From a virus (taxonomy: Duplodnaviria > Caudoviricetes): 64,000 nt of DNA. The stretch is from IMG/VR virus record IMGVR_UViG_3300031994_000022, one strand, 5' to 3'. Positions 46,638 to 56,613 of this stretch are shown here, one piece after another. How positions within the stretch are numbered: position 1 is the stretch's first letter; each line of letters starts with the position of its first letter. The position numbers and the translations under genes were made by a program. The notes under the pieces are model-generated. The model was not told where the DNA came from. It saw only the letters and a list, made by a program, of their open reading frames with translations, and did no database searches.

Positions 46638-46639
46638 AT

Positions 46640-46879
46640 ATGGCAAAGATAACATGTAGTAATTGTAAGAACCGCAGATATGAACATTGGGGTGATTACG
46701 AATATTGTATGGATTATGAAATGAGTAGTGATCACGTAGAAACTGCAAAGGAATGTAGTAGATATGAGTATGATGATGGAGAAGATGATGACTACTATTG
46801 TCCAAGCGCAACACACGGAGATTATAGTCCATCATCGCCATGGAACGCTCCAGGGATGTCGATTTCGGATTTCATATAA
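46640..46879 (+). CDS. hypothetical Cys-rich protein
   Basis: C-terminal GDYSPSSPWNAPGMSISDFI. Confidence 0.75.
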   Translation: MAKITCSNCKNRRYEHWGDYEYCMDYEMSSDHVETAKECSRYEYDDGEDDDYYCPSATHGDYSPSSPWNAPGMSISDFI

Positions 46880-46892
46880 AGGAGGGTAACAT

Positions 46893-47303
46893 ATGAAGTT
46901 TTATATAAACGAAACAGCAAATATGGGATATAACCCATATGATATCTTGCTTGATGATACAAACGAACTTAACTCAATAGCTGACCGCATACAGAAAGCA
47001 AAAGGTTATTTACCATTGTTTGATGATTCATATGAATATGATGATGAAAACTGGTATAACTTCTATCTTGAATGTGATACTGATGGAGTTAAGGGATTGT
47101 GGTTTGAGTACGGAATTGACGGATCTGAGGGAGATAGAATAGAAATTACTGAAGAAGATAAGGCAAATGCATTTAAAGCAGTGTGTGACTTCTTCGGTGG
47201 ACTTGACGAATATAAACATTATATAGATGCATACGAAGGTAGATATGAAGATGCAGTTGAGTATCAAAAAGGATGGGGAATAATTCTACAAACACTAATG
47301 TAA
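46893..47303 (+). CDS. hypothetical acidic protein
   Basis: RBS + ATG. Confidence 0.75.
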   Translation: MKFYINETANMGYNPYDILLDDTNELNSIADRIQKAKGYLPLFDDSYEYDDENWYNFYLECDTDGVKGLWFEYGIDGSEGDRIEITEEDKANAFKAVCDFFGGLDEYKHYIDAYEGRYEDAVEYQKGWGIILQTLM

Positions 47304-47317
47304 AGGAGGAAATTAAT

Positions 47318-47509
47318 ATGAGCCACGGTAAAGGAAGTATCCCTTACCGCAAAGTAGCAAAGATACTTAAGGATAATGGATACAGAGAGGTTAGATTTAA
47401 TGGTCATCACATTTATGAGAATGATAAAGGAAATACGATAGCAATACCGAAAACATGCTGCACATATGTAGTACAGAGGGAATTTAAAAAGAACGGAATA
47501 AAGATGTAA
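47318..47509 (+). CDS. hicA: HicA-family mRNA interferase-like protein
   Basis: KILKDNGYREVRFNGHHIYEN...IAIP pattern. Confidence 0.7.
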   Translation: MSHGKGSIPYRKVAKILKDNGYREVRFNGHHIYENDKGNTIAIPKTCCTYVVQREFKKNGIKM

Positions 47510-47512
47510 TCC

Positions 47513-47540
47513 AAGGCAACTCGACGGAGTTGCTTTTTTA
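47513..47540 (+). terminator. intrinsic terminator
   Basis: AAGGCAACTC/GAGTTGCTTT plus T-run. Confidence 0.7.
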
Positions 47541-47560
47541 ATGGAAAGGAGAAAAGAAAT

Positions 47561-48412
47561 ATGGGAAAGAACACAGTAGAGGAAACACGTAAAAAGTTTA
47601 AGGAGTTAAAGAAGCTAATTCTTAAAAAAGCAAAGATTAAGAAAGGAACGGCTGCTGACAATGTAAAGCTTGGTAATATGGGTTCTTGGGCAATGCTTTT
47701 TGGAAGTTGTGACTGGTATATTCCTGAACTTGATGTAACAGTAAAGGGAACTTGTGGACAGTATTGTCAAGGTTGTTTTAATCCTGATAATCCAAAGTGT
47801 TCGGCTTGTTATGTAGCTAAATCGTATGTAATGCATACAAATAGAAACGAAGACGGAACTATTGGTGATATACAGAAAAATCCTTGTACAGTAAAGCTTG
47901 GACATGCATATAGAACTATAGCAATGACAATGTTTAGAAAAGATCTTCTTCTTTCGTTAGATAAGCAGCTTACAAAGATGAGAGAAAAGCTTGGTGTTGT
48001 AAGAATAAATGAAAGCGGAGAATTTACTTGTTATGAAGATCTGGAACTGTGGTGTGAGTTAGCGAAAAGACATCCGGAGACAATCTTCTATGTATATACA
48101 AAGAATTATAAAGCAGTTAGAAAAGCTTTGATTAACGGAATTGTTCCATCGAATTTCTTCATTAATATATCAGTTTGGCATCAACTTGGTATTGAAGAGT
48201 ATTTGGAAATGAAAGATCATCCGCAGATCAGAGCTTTTGTTTTAGTAGATAATGAATGGACAAGAGAAAAATATTATTCAAAGGGAATTGAAATAACAAG
48301 TATGTGTGGTGCTTACGATGAAAATGGAAAGATGAATCACGCAGTAACTTGTGACAAGTGTAAAAAGTGCTTTAGTAATTGTAGTAAATGCACTGGTTGT
48401 TTTGAACATTAA
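47561..48412 (+). CDS. GP88-family (radical-SAM-like) phage protein
   Basis: GTCGQYC...CYV, VRINESGEF, FYVYTK, CDKCKKC. Confidence 0.75.
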   Translation: MGKNTVEETRKKFKELKKLILKKAKIKKGTAADNVKLGNMGSWAMLFGSCDWYIPELDVTVKGTCGQYCQGCFNPDNPKCSACYVAKSYVMHTNRNEDGTIGDIQKNPCTVKLGHAYRTIAMTMFRKDLLLSLDKQLTKMREKLGVVRINESGEFTCYEDLELWCELAKRHPETIFYVYTKNYKAVRKALINGIVPSNFFINISVWHQLGIEEYLEMKDHPQIRAFVLVDNEWTREKYYSKGIEITSMCGAYDENGKMNHAVTCDKCKKCFSNCSKCTGCFEH

Positions 48413-48430
48413 TAAAGGAGGAAATTAATT

Positions 48431-48958
48431 ATGGCAACAGCTTATAAACTTTTTAGAAAAAAGAAAGATGGTAACCTTTATCCGCTTTATGTTGAAGCAA
48501 ATACACCAATGCCAATAGGAGTTTGGATTGATGCGGTAGAGGGTGAGAGAAGAGAAGACGGCAGAGTAAAGGCAAGTGGTTGTGGCGGATCACTTGCTTA
48601 CCGTCCGGGTCTTCACTTGGGTAAAATTCCAAAAGCAGATTGGATAGGTAAGAAGATGGAAGATGGTACACTTGCACAGAGACCTGATACGGTATGGTGT
48701 GAGGTTGAATATAGTACAGAAATTAATTATCAGCCAGAAGCAAGAGAGAATGGTTGGAAAGCTGGCAAGTGGGCAGCAAAGAGAGCTTGTCTCGACCATC
48801 TTCCGGTTAATGGATACTATCTGTATAAAACGAATAGTAAGCAGATGGATCCTTGGATTATATGTGGATCAATGAAAATTATAAGGGAACTTAGTAACGA
48901 AGAAGTAGCAAGTATATGTAGAGAAAATGGCGTAGAACCACAGAAGATTGCAGAGTAA
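48431..48958 (+). CDS. conserved hypothetical protein
   Basis: AYKLFR...LYPLYV...LAYRPGLH. Confidence 0.8.
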   Translation: MATAYKLFRKKKDGNLYPLYVEANTPMPIGVWIDAVEGERREDGRVKASGCGGSLAYRPGLHLGKIPKADWIGKKMEDGTLAQRPDTVWCEVEYSTEINYQPEARENGWKAGKWAAKRACLDHLPVNGYYLYKTNSKQMDPWIICGSMKIIRELSNEEVASICRENGVEPQKIAE

Positions 48959-49026
48959 GGGAGGATATGTATGGCAACAATAATAATGTTAATAATGATT
49001 GGATTAAAAAAGGAAGAGGTGTGAAG

Positions 49027-49335
49027 ATGAGAGATTATAACGAAATGATTCAGATAATCGCAAACAGTGATAGAACCGTAGAAGAGAGAGGAGAGTTGGT
49101 TGTAAGAGATATGTGCCGGACAATCAACGCTATCCTTGATTATAAGTATACTCTGCAGCATTTTGCTGATAGAGGTACTGCATTAGAAGATAAGCGAAAT
49201 GTAGTTAAAAATAATTTAGCTCTCCTGGAAAATGATTTAGATATTTATAAGCAGATGCTCGGTATTAGCAAGGAAGTATTCGCAGCAAAAGTAAAGAGAG
49301 CTGAAAAAGTTGCTGGCAAGATAGAAGATAGATGA
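49027..49335 (+). CDS. hypothetical helical protein
   Basis: GAGGTG RBS + ATG (track start 48967). Confidence 0.65.
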   Translation: MRDYNEMIQIIANSDRTVEERGELVVRDMCRTINAILDYKYTLQHFADRGTALEDKRNVVKNNLALLENDLDIYKQMLGISKEVFAAKVKRAEKVAGKIEDR

Positions 49336-49356
49336 TATAATAAAAGGAGAATAAAT

Positions 49357-49629
49357 ATGAACATTTGTGATAAACAAAGGATAGCGAAAGCTATCCTTAA
49401 AGATAGTAATATTAAGGTGTGGCAGAAAGATATAGATAAGGTGGTAATTTGCCCCATATATATGATAAGTGATGACGGTGGAAAATTCCCACATAGAGAG
49501 TTATATAGGATAATAATGAAAGATGGAATCATATATGAAGTCACAAGGGAAACAGTCGATGCAGATGGAAAATTTAGTAAAGGATCTGCTAAATATGTCA
49601 CAAAGGAAGTAAGGAGGTATGAATTATGA
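49357..49629 (+). CDS. hypothetical protein
   Basis: RBS + ATG. Confidence 0.7.
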   Translation: MNICDKQRIAKAILKDSNIKVWQKDIDKVVICPIYMISDDGGKFPHRELYRIIMKDGIIYEVTRETVDADGKFSKGSAKYVTKEVRRYEL

Positions 49630-49829
49630 AAATTAGAGGAAGATATGAGGTAGCCAATGGTTTTACTACGGTATTTGCGAACGGTACTATATATACCTTT
49701 GCAAATAATAGTGATGAAGTGGGTAGTGTATCTATAGGTGAAAGAACCGCCTATGGGACAACATTAACCGAAAATGATTATGCTCGAATGGAAGCTGAAT
49801 GTGACCGTGTGGGCACATTTGAGATATAG
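49626..49829 (+). CDS. hypothetical protein
   Basis: ATGA overlap. Confidence 0.7.
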   Translation: MKIRGRYEVANGFTTVFANGTIYTFANNSDEVGSVSIGERTAYGTTLTENDYARMEAECDRVGTFEI

Positions 49830-49883
49830 AAAAGGAGTAAGCGATTGGGAATATAGTGAAATGGAATTTAAGGAGGATAATTA

Positions 49884-50090
49884 ATGTATTATAATTATCA
49901 CGCAAAAGCAAAACAACTTATAGCCGAAGGACATTTAACCGACTACCAAGTAGTACCAAGATGGAATTTAATAAAGCCAGCTTTGGTACTATTTTTTGAT
50001 AATCATAAACCTATGCCGATACGGAAGTATAGATTTGAAGAGTATTGGGATATATTGGATGAATGGGATAACAAGAGAGAGGAGGAATAA
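49884..50090 (+). CDS. conserved small hypothetical protein
   Basis: MYYNYHAKAKQLI...PMPIR. Confidence 0.75.
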   Translation: MYYNYHAKAKQLIAEGHLTDYQVVPRWNLIKPALVLFFDNHKPMPIRKYRFEEYWDILDEWDNKREEE

Positions 50091-50093
50091 GAG

Positions 50094-50834
50094 ATGTTTG
50101 GAATTTTTTATTTGATTTTTAATCGTGCTATATTTGGCGTGGCAAAAATAAAAGAAGAGATAGACAATGAAGATGCGCGAGATAGAGCTTACAAAAATGG
50201 AAATCTAACATATTATAGCACAAAAGGTGAAACGTTGGTATCTAATAATAGACAGGTGTATAGGACGATTGTAAATGGAGATGAAGTATTAAAAGATGTT
50301 TATAATGGAGACGTGTATAAAAATTATTCAGAAGAAAAAAGAAACATTAAAGAGCATAAAGCAAAAGAACAAGGAAAAACTGTTATACCTGTGCATTATG
50401 AAGAGAATCAAGAATATAATAGACTACAGAGATTTAATGCGAAAACAATATCAATTAAACCGACATATCGAGATATAAAAACAAGAAAATTCTACATAAC
50501 AGTCCGCATAAATGGATTAGGTTTTTATATGGATATTATATCAGGAGAGTTAGTTAGATTACAGGATGAGGAAAATATGTGTAAAAAGTGGGGAAAACTC
50601 TCAGTGGAAGATATAATTGAAGTATTTAACCAAAGACAGAAAGCATTAGTTAATATACCTCAAGAAGATCATGACTTTATGTGGTGGGAAGAACATTTTT
50701 ATTTGAAACATGTTGGATTTAATACGTTGTTTATAGATAATGATAAAAATATTATTGAAGGAAACTATAAAAATGATTTAAGAATAAAACAAATAAGAAT
50801 GAGATTAATAGAGGAGGGAAAGGTCAATGAATAA
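50094..50834 (+). CDS. hypothetical protein with N-terminal hydrophobic segment
   Basis: RBS + ATG. Confidence 0.75.
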   Translation: MFGIFYLIFNRAIFGVAKIKEEIDNEDARDRAYKNGNLTYYSTKGETLVSNNRQVYRTIVNGDEVLKDVYNGDVYKNYSEEKRNIKEHKAKEQGKTVIPVHYEENQEYNRLQRFNAKTISIKPTYRDIKTRKFYITVRINGLGFYMDIISGELVRLQDEENMCKKWGKLSVEDIIEVFNQRQKALVNIPQEDHDFMWWEEHFYLKHVGFNTLFIDNDKNIIEGNYKNDLRIKQIRMRLIEEGKVNE

Positions 50835-51054
50835 ATCTAGAAGAAGACGAATTGAAAAAGCATTGTCGTTATTAGAGGAAGCTAAAGATATTATAATGGA
50901 TGCGATGAACGAAGAAGAAAGTGGCTTTAATAATTTATCAGAAGGATTACAACAAACAATGCGCGGGGAACAAATGGAAGAAAATATAAGCGAAATGGAA
51001 GAAGCAGTTGATAATATAGATGAATCTATAGAAAATTTACAAAATATTAACTAG
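50827..51054 (+). CDS. hypothetical coiled-coil protein
   Basis: MNKSRRRRI...NLSEGLQ. Confidence 0.75.
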   Translation: MNKSRRRRIEKALSLLEEAKDIIMDAMNEEESGFNNLSEGLQQTMRGEQMEENISEMEEAVDNIDESIENLQNIN

Positions 51055-51070
51055 AAAGGAGAAAAACTAT

Positions 51071-52063
51071 ATGTGTGCCAGAGATGATGTTGATAAGAAA
51101 AATTATGAAATAATAAAAAGAATTGCGGCTGAATATCCTAATGAATTAATGTTGTATATTAATAGTTTAACAAGAAAAACATCTTATACTAAAATGGTTT
51201 ATGCTAGATATGTATCAAAATTTCTTAATTATATGGAAACAGAACTAAAACTAAATCCATATATTATAAAGAATTATATTAAAATTAAACCAATGAATAT
51301 TGATGGGTATATGGAAAAAATCAAATATAATGAAAACGGAAAAGAGAATTCAGGGATGTATCTTAACGCACAATTGGCGGCAATCAATGGATATTTTGGA
51401 TTTTTATTAAAAAATGAGATAATAAAATCGAATCCATGTGCTAATATAGAAAACCCAAGAGATAATAAGGAACATCGTATAACAACTATTACTGATAATG
51501 ACTTAAATATTATTGTGGATAATATAAAAAAAGGAACTGGTTCTTATAAAGCCAAAGCCACTCAGAAAAAATGGGTAAATAGAGATATAGCGATAATAAC
51601 TCTAGGTATTACAACCGGCTTAAGAATTAGTGCTATAGTAGGGATTGATATTGATGATATAAATTTAAAAGAAAAATATATAATGGTTACAGAAAAAGGA
51701 GATGTTCAAAAAGTTATATATATAGGTGATAAAACTATATTATCTTTAAAAAAATGGATTAATGATCGAAAGCAGATGGTGGACAAAAATGAAAAAGCAT
51801 TATTTATTTGTCAAGGTAATCATAGGATATCGGTTCGAGCTATAGAAAACAGATTTAAAAAGCTTTCAGAAGAAACAGGGAAGAAAATTACACCGCATAA
51901 GATGAGAGCAACTTGTGCAACCAGACTTTATGAGGAAACCGGAGATATATACTTGGTACAACAGCAGCTTGGTCATAAAAATATAGAGAATACTAAGAGA
52001 TACGCAGCAGTTTCCGAGCGTAAAAAGAGAGAGGCAGCAAGCATACTTGATAACTTATACTAA
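51071..52063 (+). CDS. XerC/D-like tyrosine recombinase
   Basis: TGLRISA, EKG, HKMR, LGH, TKRY: complete R-K-H-R-H-Y set. Confidence 0.92.
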   Translation: MCARDDVDKKNYEIIKRIAAEYPNELMLYINSLTRKTSYTKMVYARYVSKFLNYMETELKLNPYIIKNYIKIKPMNIDGYMEKIKYNENGKENSGMYLNAQLAAINGYFGFLLKNEIIKSNPCANIENPRDNKEHRITTITDNDLNIIVDNIKKGTGSYKAKATQKKWVNRDIAIITLGITTGLRISAIVGIDIDDINLKEKYIMVTEKGDVQKVIYIGDKTILSLKKWINDRKQMVDKNEKALFICQGNHRISVRAIENRFKKLSEETGKKITPHKMRATCATRLYEETGDIYLVQQQLGHKNIENTKRYAAVSERKKREAASILDNLY

Positions 52064-52080
52064 AAGGCTAAAATTAAATG

Positions 52081-52109
52081 TTGACAAAAGTGAAATCGTT
52101 TGGTATATT
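52081..52109 (+). promoter_or_regulatory. sigma-A promoter
   Basis: TTGACA-N17-TATATT with extended TG. Confidence 0.65.
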
Positions 52110-52215
52110 GTAATTACAAAAAACAAAAAATCTTACTCATTACAACCAAGCCCCTACGGTAAAAACCATCTACCTCTGACCGTAGGGGTTCTCCATATAA
52201 AGGAAAGGAAGGTAA

Positions 52216-52416
52216 ATGCATATGAATAAATTAAGAATTGGTGATATGGTAGTTGTAGCTGCTGATCTGGCATACCTCACGCATGACAGCAGAAAAAGTC
52301 AAATAGCAGAAGTGGTTGGAATCTATCCACACTTCTTCAACGTAAAGTACGAAGAGGGGTATCAGCAGAGTATTCAGTATAAAGATATAAGCCAAATATC
52401 AAAGCTAAGTATCTAA
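52216..52416 (+). CDS. Veg/Sm-like small protein
   Basis: VVGIYPHFFNVKY...SIQYKD. Confidence 0.55.
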   Translation: MHMNKLRIGDMVVVAADLAYLTHDSRKSQIAEVVGIYPHFFNVKYEEGYQQSIQYKDISQISKLSI

Positions 52417-52433
52417 TAAGGAGAAAACTAAAC

Positions 52434-52742
52434 ATGAAATACGAAGTATGGCAATTGCCTACAAAACATCCAAATAAATTCATGCACCTGGATTGGTGTA
52501 CAAAGCCAGTAGATATACTTGATTATGTATTGGTTTACGCCGGTAAGATAGATAGGGAGATCGAAGATGTAGATGTTTTCTTAGAAGAACTGTTTCAGAT
52601 GTTTAATCTGGATCAACCAGAAGATTATCACGCTGCATCTATATCGGTATCCGACCTTATCTGTCTTATTGGTAGTTGCGAAAAGAGATTTTGGTTCTAT
52701 GTGGACGGTGTTGGATTTAAGGAGGTAGAGATAGGTGGATAA
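52434..52742 (+). CDS. YodL-domain protein
   Basis: LEELFQMFN..PEDY..SISVSD..FYVDGVGF. Confidence 0.8.
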   Translation: MKYEVWQLPTKHPNKFMHLDWCTKPVDILDYVLVYAGKIDREIEDVDVFLEELFQMFNLDQPEDYHAASISVSDLICLIGSCEKRFWFYVDGVGFKEVEIGG

Positions 52743-52757
52743 TAAGGAGAAAATTAA

Positions 52758-52958
52758 ATGATTGGATATTACTACCTTCGAGATTTACTCGGAGACACAA
52801 CAGAAGTGGTATCGGCGGTTAATGACCGCGGTGAAAATGTGCTGACATATAAGGCAAAAGAGAATTGCTATTGCGTCGAAACAATACAAGGAAACGGTAA
52901 AATTCGTAAGAATTATTATTGGAAAGACGGTACAACGGAGGAGATATATGAGTCATAA
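52758..52958 (+). CDS. hypothetical protein
   Basis: RBS + ATG. Confidence 0.7.
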   Translation: MIGYYYLRDLLGDTTEVVSAVNDRGENVLTYKAKENCYCVETIQGNGKIRKNYYWKDGTTEEIYES

Positions 52959-53136
52959 ATTATTATGGGTAAAAGACAATTCACACAATTGGATAACCCC
53001 AGGTGGAGATCCGGTATGGATTTGTCCGGTATGTGGTGGTGGTTGGCATGTGTATGGAATTGAAAATCCTCGCAAGCAGAGCGAATGTAAAGATTGCGGA
53101 GCTAAAATAGAGGGGTATAAATATGGTAATGGATAA
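52948..53136 (+). CDS. small Zn-ribbon protein
   Basis: CPVC...CKDC. Confidence 0.7.
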   Translation: MSHKLLWVKDNSHNWITPGGDPVWICPVCGGGWHVYGIENPRKQSECKDCGAKIEGYKYGNG

Positions 53137-53482
53137 TGTGTTTTTAAATGGAATTAACGTTATTGTAACAACTAAATATGTTCAAGTTCGTAAGCATAAA
53201 AAAAGACGTATTAATAAAAAATGGGCTAAGAAATATGGTTATAAGGAAATCAATACGCAGCAAGATGGTGAAATCTTATTTGATGAAGAGAAACGAGTTA
53301 TTTACTGTACTCATAATGATTTTCAAAAAATAAAAGACTGGGTACCACGAATGGTATTCGATGAATGTTCTACAGATAAAAACCCTTATAGATATGAGCC
53401 TGGAGAAGTAAATTTGGAATATACAATCGATCCATATGTTAATTATTGTAATGATACATATATAGGAAGAGTTAGATGGTAA
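53123..53482 (+). CDS. hypothetical protein
   Basis: RKHKKRRINKKWAKKYG motif. Confidence 0.75.
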   Translation: MVMDNVFLNGINVIVTTKYVQVRKHKKRRINKKWAKKYGYKEINTQQDGEILFDEEKRVIYCTHNDFQKIKDWVPRMVFDECSTDKNPYRYEPGEVNLEYTIDPYVNYCNDTYIGRVRW

Positions 53483-53689
53483 TATCAAATTGTGATTTTA
53501 TAGGAGGATGAATGTGGAAGATATAGTAGAGGAATTACAAAAAATAGTAACGGAACTGAAAGAGTACAGACGAGATGTCTATAACTGCGATATGTGCAAC
53601 AATCACACTACTCTGGCGAGCGAGTATCCGTGCAATGAATGCAAGAGGAGTTATAGAGATTATTTTACACTCAGAACGGAGGATTAATC

Positions 53690-53917
53690 ATGCAAGCAAT
53701 AATAAGAGTAGATGTTCCGGATTGGCAGATTGAGAAGACGGTGTCTGTATATTTTCCAGACACTATGATGATACATAGCGTTTGTGAACAAGCACAACCA
53801 ATAGGGAAATGGATAGGTGGAACTATATGCAGCACTTGTAATTATAAGAAGATGTTCCTGTGGCAGTATAACTACTGTCCAAAATGCGGTACAAGATTGG
53901 AGGTAGAAAAATGTTAA
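53690..53917 (+). CDS. Zn-ribbon protein
   Basis: GKWI..CSTC..YCPKCG. Confidence 0.7.
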   Translation: MQAIIRVDVPDWQIEKTVSVYFPDTMMIHSVCEQAQPIGKWIGGTICSTCNYKKMFLWQYNYCPKCGTRLEVEKC

Positions 53918-54294
53918 TAACTTTAATAGTTTTAGTTTTAATAATCATAGGTCGTTGGATGATGACTAAGAAGAACGATGATATGGAATTTTATGGATCA
54001 ATAATACTCATAATTGGATGTATAGCAATGTTTGTTTGCTTAGTAACCATATTATGCCAACAGACTATGACGACCAGAAAAATAAACAGAAATACGATCA
54101 GATATGAAAGCCTACAAAAGAGATTAGAGATTGTTAATTCCGAGTATGAAGATGTTTCCAAGTCTGATGTAATAAAAGATATAGCAAAATGGAATCAAGA
54201 AGCTTACGACTATAAATATTGGAATAATAATTTATTTACGAACTGGATGCATAGTGATAAAGTTGCAGAATCATATAAGTATATTGAATATTGA
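53911..54294 (+). CDS. membrane protein
   Basis: two TM segments. Confidence 0.7.
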   Translation: MLITLIVLVLIIIGRWMMTKKNDDMEFYGSIILIIGCIAMFVCLVTILCQQTMTTRKINRNTIRYESLQKRLEIVNSEYEDVSKSDVIKDIAKWNQEAYDYKYWNNNLFTNWMHSDKVAESYKYIEY

Positions 54295-54307
54295 AAGTGG
54301 GGTGGTG

Positions 54308-54550
54308 ATGAGAATGACTGATGCAGAATTAGAAAAAGTGATAGCCAAAGCAAAAAAGAAAGTAGGAGAAATGGAACTTAAATCAGCACCATTCGATTGG
54401 AATGATAACTTTTCGGAGATAGCAATCGAGGACTTCAATCTCTTTAAGGATAAACTAAGCTATGGAATTTGCCAGTCAATAGGGTTGGCACTTGCAAAAC
54501 TAGAGATATTAGAGAAACAAGGGTGCAAGGTAGAGGAGGTAGAGGAATGA
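54308..54550 (+). CDS. hypothetical protein
   Basis: packed operon. Confidence 0.6.
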   Translation: MRMTDAELEKVIAKAKKKVGEMELKSAPFDWNDNFSEIAIEDFNLFKDKLSYGICQSIGLALAKLEILEKQGCKVEEVEE

Positions 54551-54720
54551 ATACTTTTCAATTAATTTGTTTTTCAATTCTAGTCTTATTATTTTTATAC
54601 TTTTTCTATATAAGACCGATCGTCGCTATTGGTGACTTGCCGGGTTGCATAGACAGACTTACTAGAGAAGTCGAAGAATTAAAGGAAGTGTTGAAGAATG
54701 AAAATCATCGAACGATTTAA
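54547..54720 (+). CDS. small membrane protein
   Basis: ATGA overlap, one TM. Confidence 0.6.
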   Translation: MNTFQLICFSILVLLFLYFFYIRPIVAIGDLPGCIDRLTREVEELKEVLKNENHRTI

Positions 54721-54867
54721 ACGGAATCCGTGTAAAGAATGCTTATGGTACGTCAAAAAAACAACTTGTGTCAATCAAAGAAGTGTTCGGTACAAGGAGG
54801 AAGTTATCCGTTTGTCACGAAATTAGATAGAATGTTTTGTGAACCATACAAAAGGGAGGAAGAAAGA

Positions 54868-55089
54868 ATGGAAAATGATAACTACTCAGTAAATAAAGTT
54901 GATGCTAATTATATAAAGAAATTGAACGATACAAAGGACAGTCTTGAGTCATTCAAGAAGAAAATCGCATTATTAGAATCAACAACCGAAGCAATAGATT
55001 TTGCTATTGAATTAATAGATAGAGAAATAGACATAATTAAATGGGTCAATGTAGTATCAGGAGATGAGGAGGGTGCTGATGACGAATGA
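54868..55089 (+). CDS. hypothetical protein
   Basis: RBS + ATG. Confidence 0.65.
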   Translation: MENDNYSVNKVDANYIKKLNDTKDSLESFKKKIALLESTTEAIDFAIELIDREIDIIKWVNVVSGDEEGADDE

Positions 55090-55822
55090 AGAAATGATTA
55101 AAGATTTAAGTCGAATAATGGATTTGCTCGATATGCATATTGACCTTAATCAATCATTAAATATAACTCAAATGGAAGTTGCATACTTAAGTCTTAAGTG
55201 TATTGTAAGGGCATTAGGGCAACAGACTTGCGATGGTATGCGTGATGCTACAGAAGAAGAACGTAAATCAACTAAAGCTTACATAGATTCCATAAGTAAG
55301 CCGACAGGACTACAATTTGATGATATATATGAGGAACTTGACTTTGTTCAACCACACAAAAAACTATCTGTGAAGCTTCAGCTTTGCGAAGATTGTATTA
55401 GTAGAGAAGCACTTTTGGAAGAATTAGGAGAAGAGCCATTTAATTGGAATGATTCGCCGGAAGCATTCCAAGAAGTGAGAGATTATCAATGGTTTAGATC
55501 ACTTATTGAAGATGCTCCATCTATCACACCGAGTTATAACTCAATTACAACCGAGTTAAAACCATCTGAGGATTGTATCAGCAGAGCAGCGGTTATTGGA
55601 CTTGTTGAGCAATATTCATACATTATTGAAAACAGATATAGCGCATTTATTACTAAAATTAAACATTTGCCATCAGTAACACCACAGCCGAAGGTAGGGA
55701 AGTGGATAGATACAGGAAGTGGTCAAGAGTGTTCTGAATGTGGTGAGATACAGTATGGTTATGATAGTTTCAGGAAGTATTGCCCTAACTGTGGTGCAGA
55801 TATGCGAGGTGACGAAGAATGA
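55079..55822 (+). CDS. mosaic protein with repeated EDCISR modules and C-terminal Zn ribbon
   Basis: EDCISREA/EDCISRAA, PSITP/PSVTP, CSECG...YCPNCG. Confidence 0.75.
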   Translation: MTNEEMIKDLSRIMDLLDMHIDLNQSLNITQMEVAYLSLKCIVRALGQQTCDGMRDATEEERKSTKAYIDSISKPTGLQFDDIYEELDFVQPHKKLSVKLQLCEDCISREALLEELGEEPFNWNDSPEAFQEVRDYQWFRSLIEDAPSITPSYNSITTELKPSEDCISRAAVIGLVEQYSYIIENRYSAFITKIKHLPSVTPQPKVGKWIDTGSGQECSECGEIQYGYDSFRKYCPNCGADMRGDEE

Positions 55823-56091
55823 ATGACTTATGGATTGAATTATTTATATTCTTTTTAGTTGTAGATAGACCGGAATCGGTTATGGATCTAATCAACTCTG
55901 AGGATTGTGAATATGAGTTTGAGAAGATAATGAAGGATGCTGAATGTATAGAGTCTGAAGAATTTAAAAGTAAAATCTTGGAATATCTGAATGATAAGAA
56001 AGATAAAATTCTTGAATTGAACGACATTTATAAAAAACATTCGGTTGGGTGGAGTGTAAAAGAAGATGGAAAAGTAGAAAGTGAGGAATAA
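55819..56091 (+). CDS. hypothetical protein
   Basis: ATGA overlap. Confidence 0.7.
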   Translation: MNDLWIELFIFFLVVDRPESVMDLINSEDCEYEFEKIMKDAECIESEEFKSKILEYLNDKKDKILELNDIYKKHSVGWSVKEDGKVESEE

Positions 56092-56358
56092 ATGAGGTAC
56101 GTTACTTTTTACTATGATTTATTGAGAGAAAATGTTTCTGATTTAAAAGTACATGAAAATAAAGAAAAAGCATTAGAGCATTTTAACTCACAATGTCATA
56201 GCTGGTTTGAGTTAAACATAAAATTTAAAGCAGATAAACTACCCGCAACTTATGGTTACCCATTTCGCAAATATTATGGAGTATCAGCAAGAACTTTTAA
56301 AAAGATGTTTGATATTTCAATTGATGAAGCTATGGAGATTGCACAAGGTAGAAAGTGA
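56092..56358 (+). CDS. hypothetical protein
   Basis: abuts upstream stop. Confidence 0.7.
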   Translation: MRYVTFYYDLLRENVSDLKVHENKEKALEHFNSQCHSWFELNIKFKADKLPATYGYPFRKYYGVSARTFKKMFDISIDEAMEIAQGRK

Positions 56359-56361
56359 GGG

Positions 56362-56610
56362 GTGATAATGAAACTCACAGAGTTTATAGATGAACGATAT
56401 GAGAATCGGACGGATAAAGATAATATATTTGGTGTCGGTGTATCTGATGCAGAATTTAGACGATTTATAATTGATTATCTATTAGGCGAAAATTGGTATG
56501 TAGTTGATCCATTAGGACAAACACAAATAAATGAAATCGCCTTGTATGAAATTTTAGAAAAATATTCTAAACGATACAGAAAAGAATGTAAAGACAGAAA
56601 GCGAGAGTAA
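56362..56610 (+). CDS. hypothetical protein
   Basis: YLLGENWYVVDPL motif. Confidence 0.7.
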   Translation: MIMKLTEFIDERYENRTDKDNIFGVGVSDAEFRRFIIDYLLGENWYVVDPLGQTQINEIALYEILEKYSKRYRKECKDRKRE

Positions 56611-56613
56611 TGC

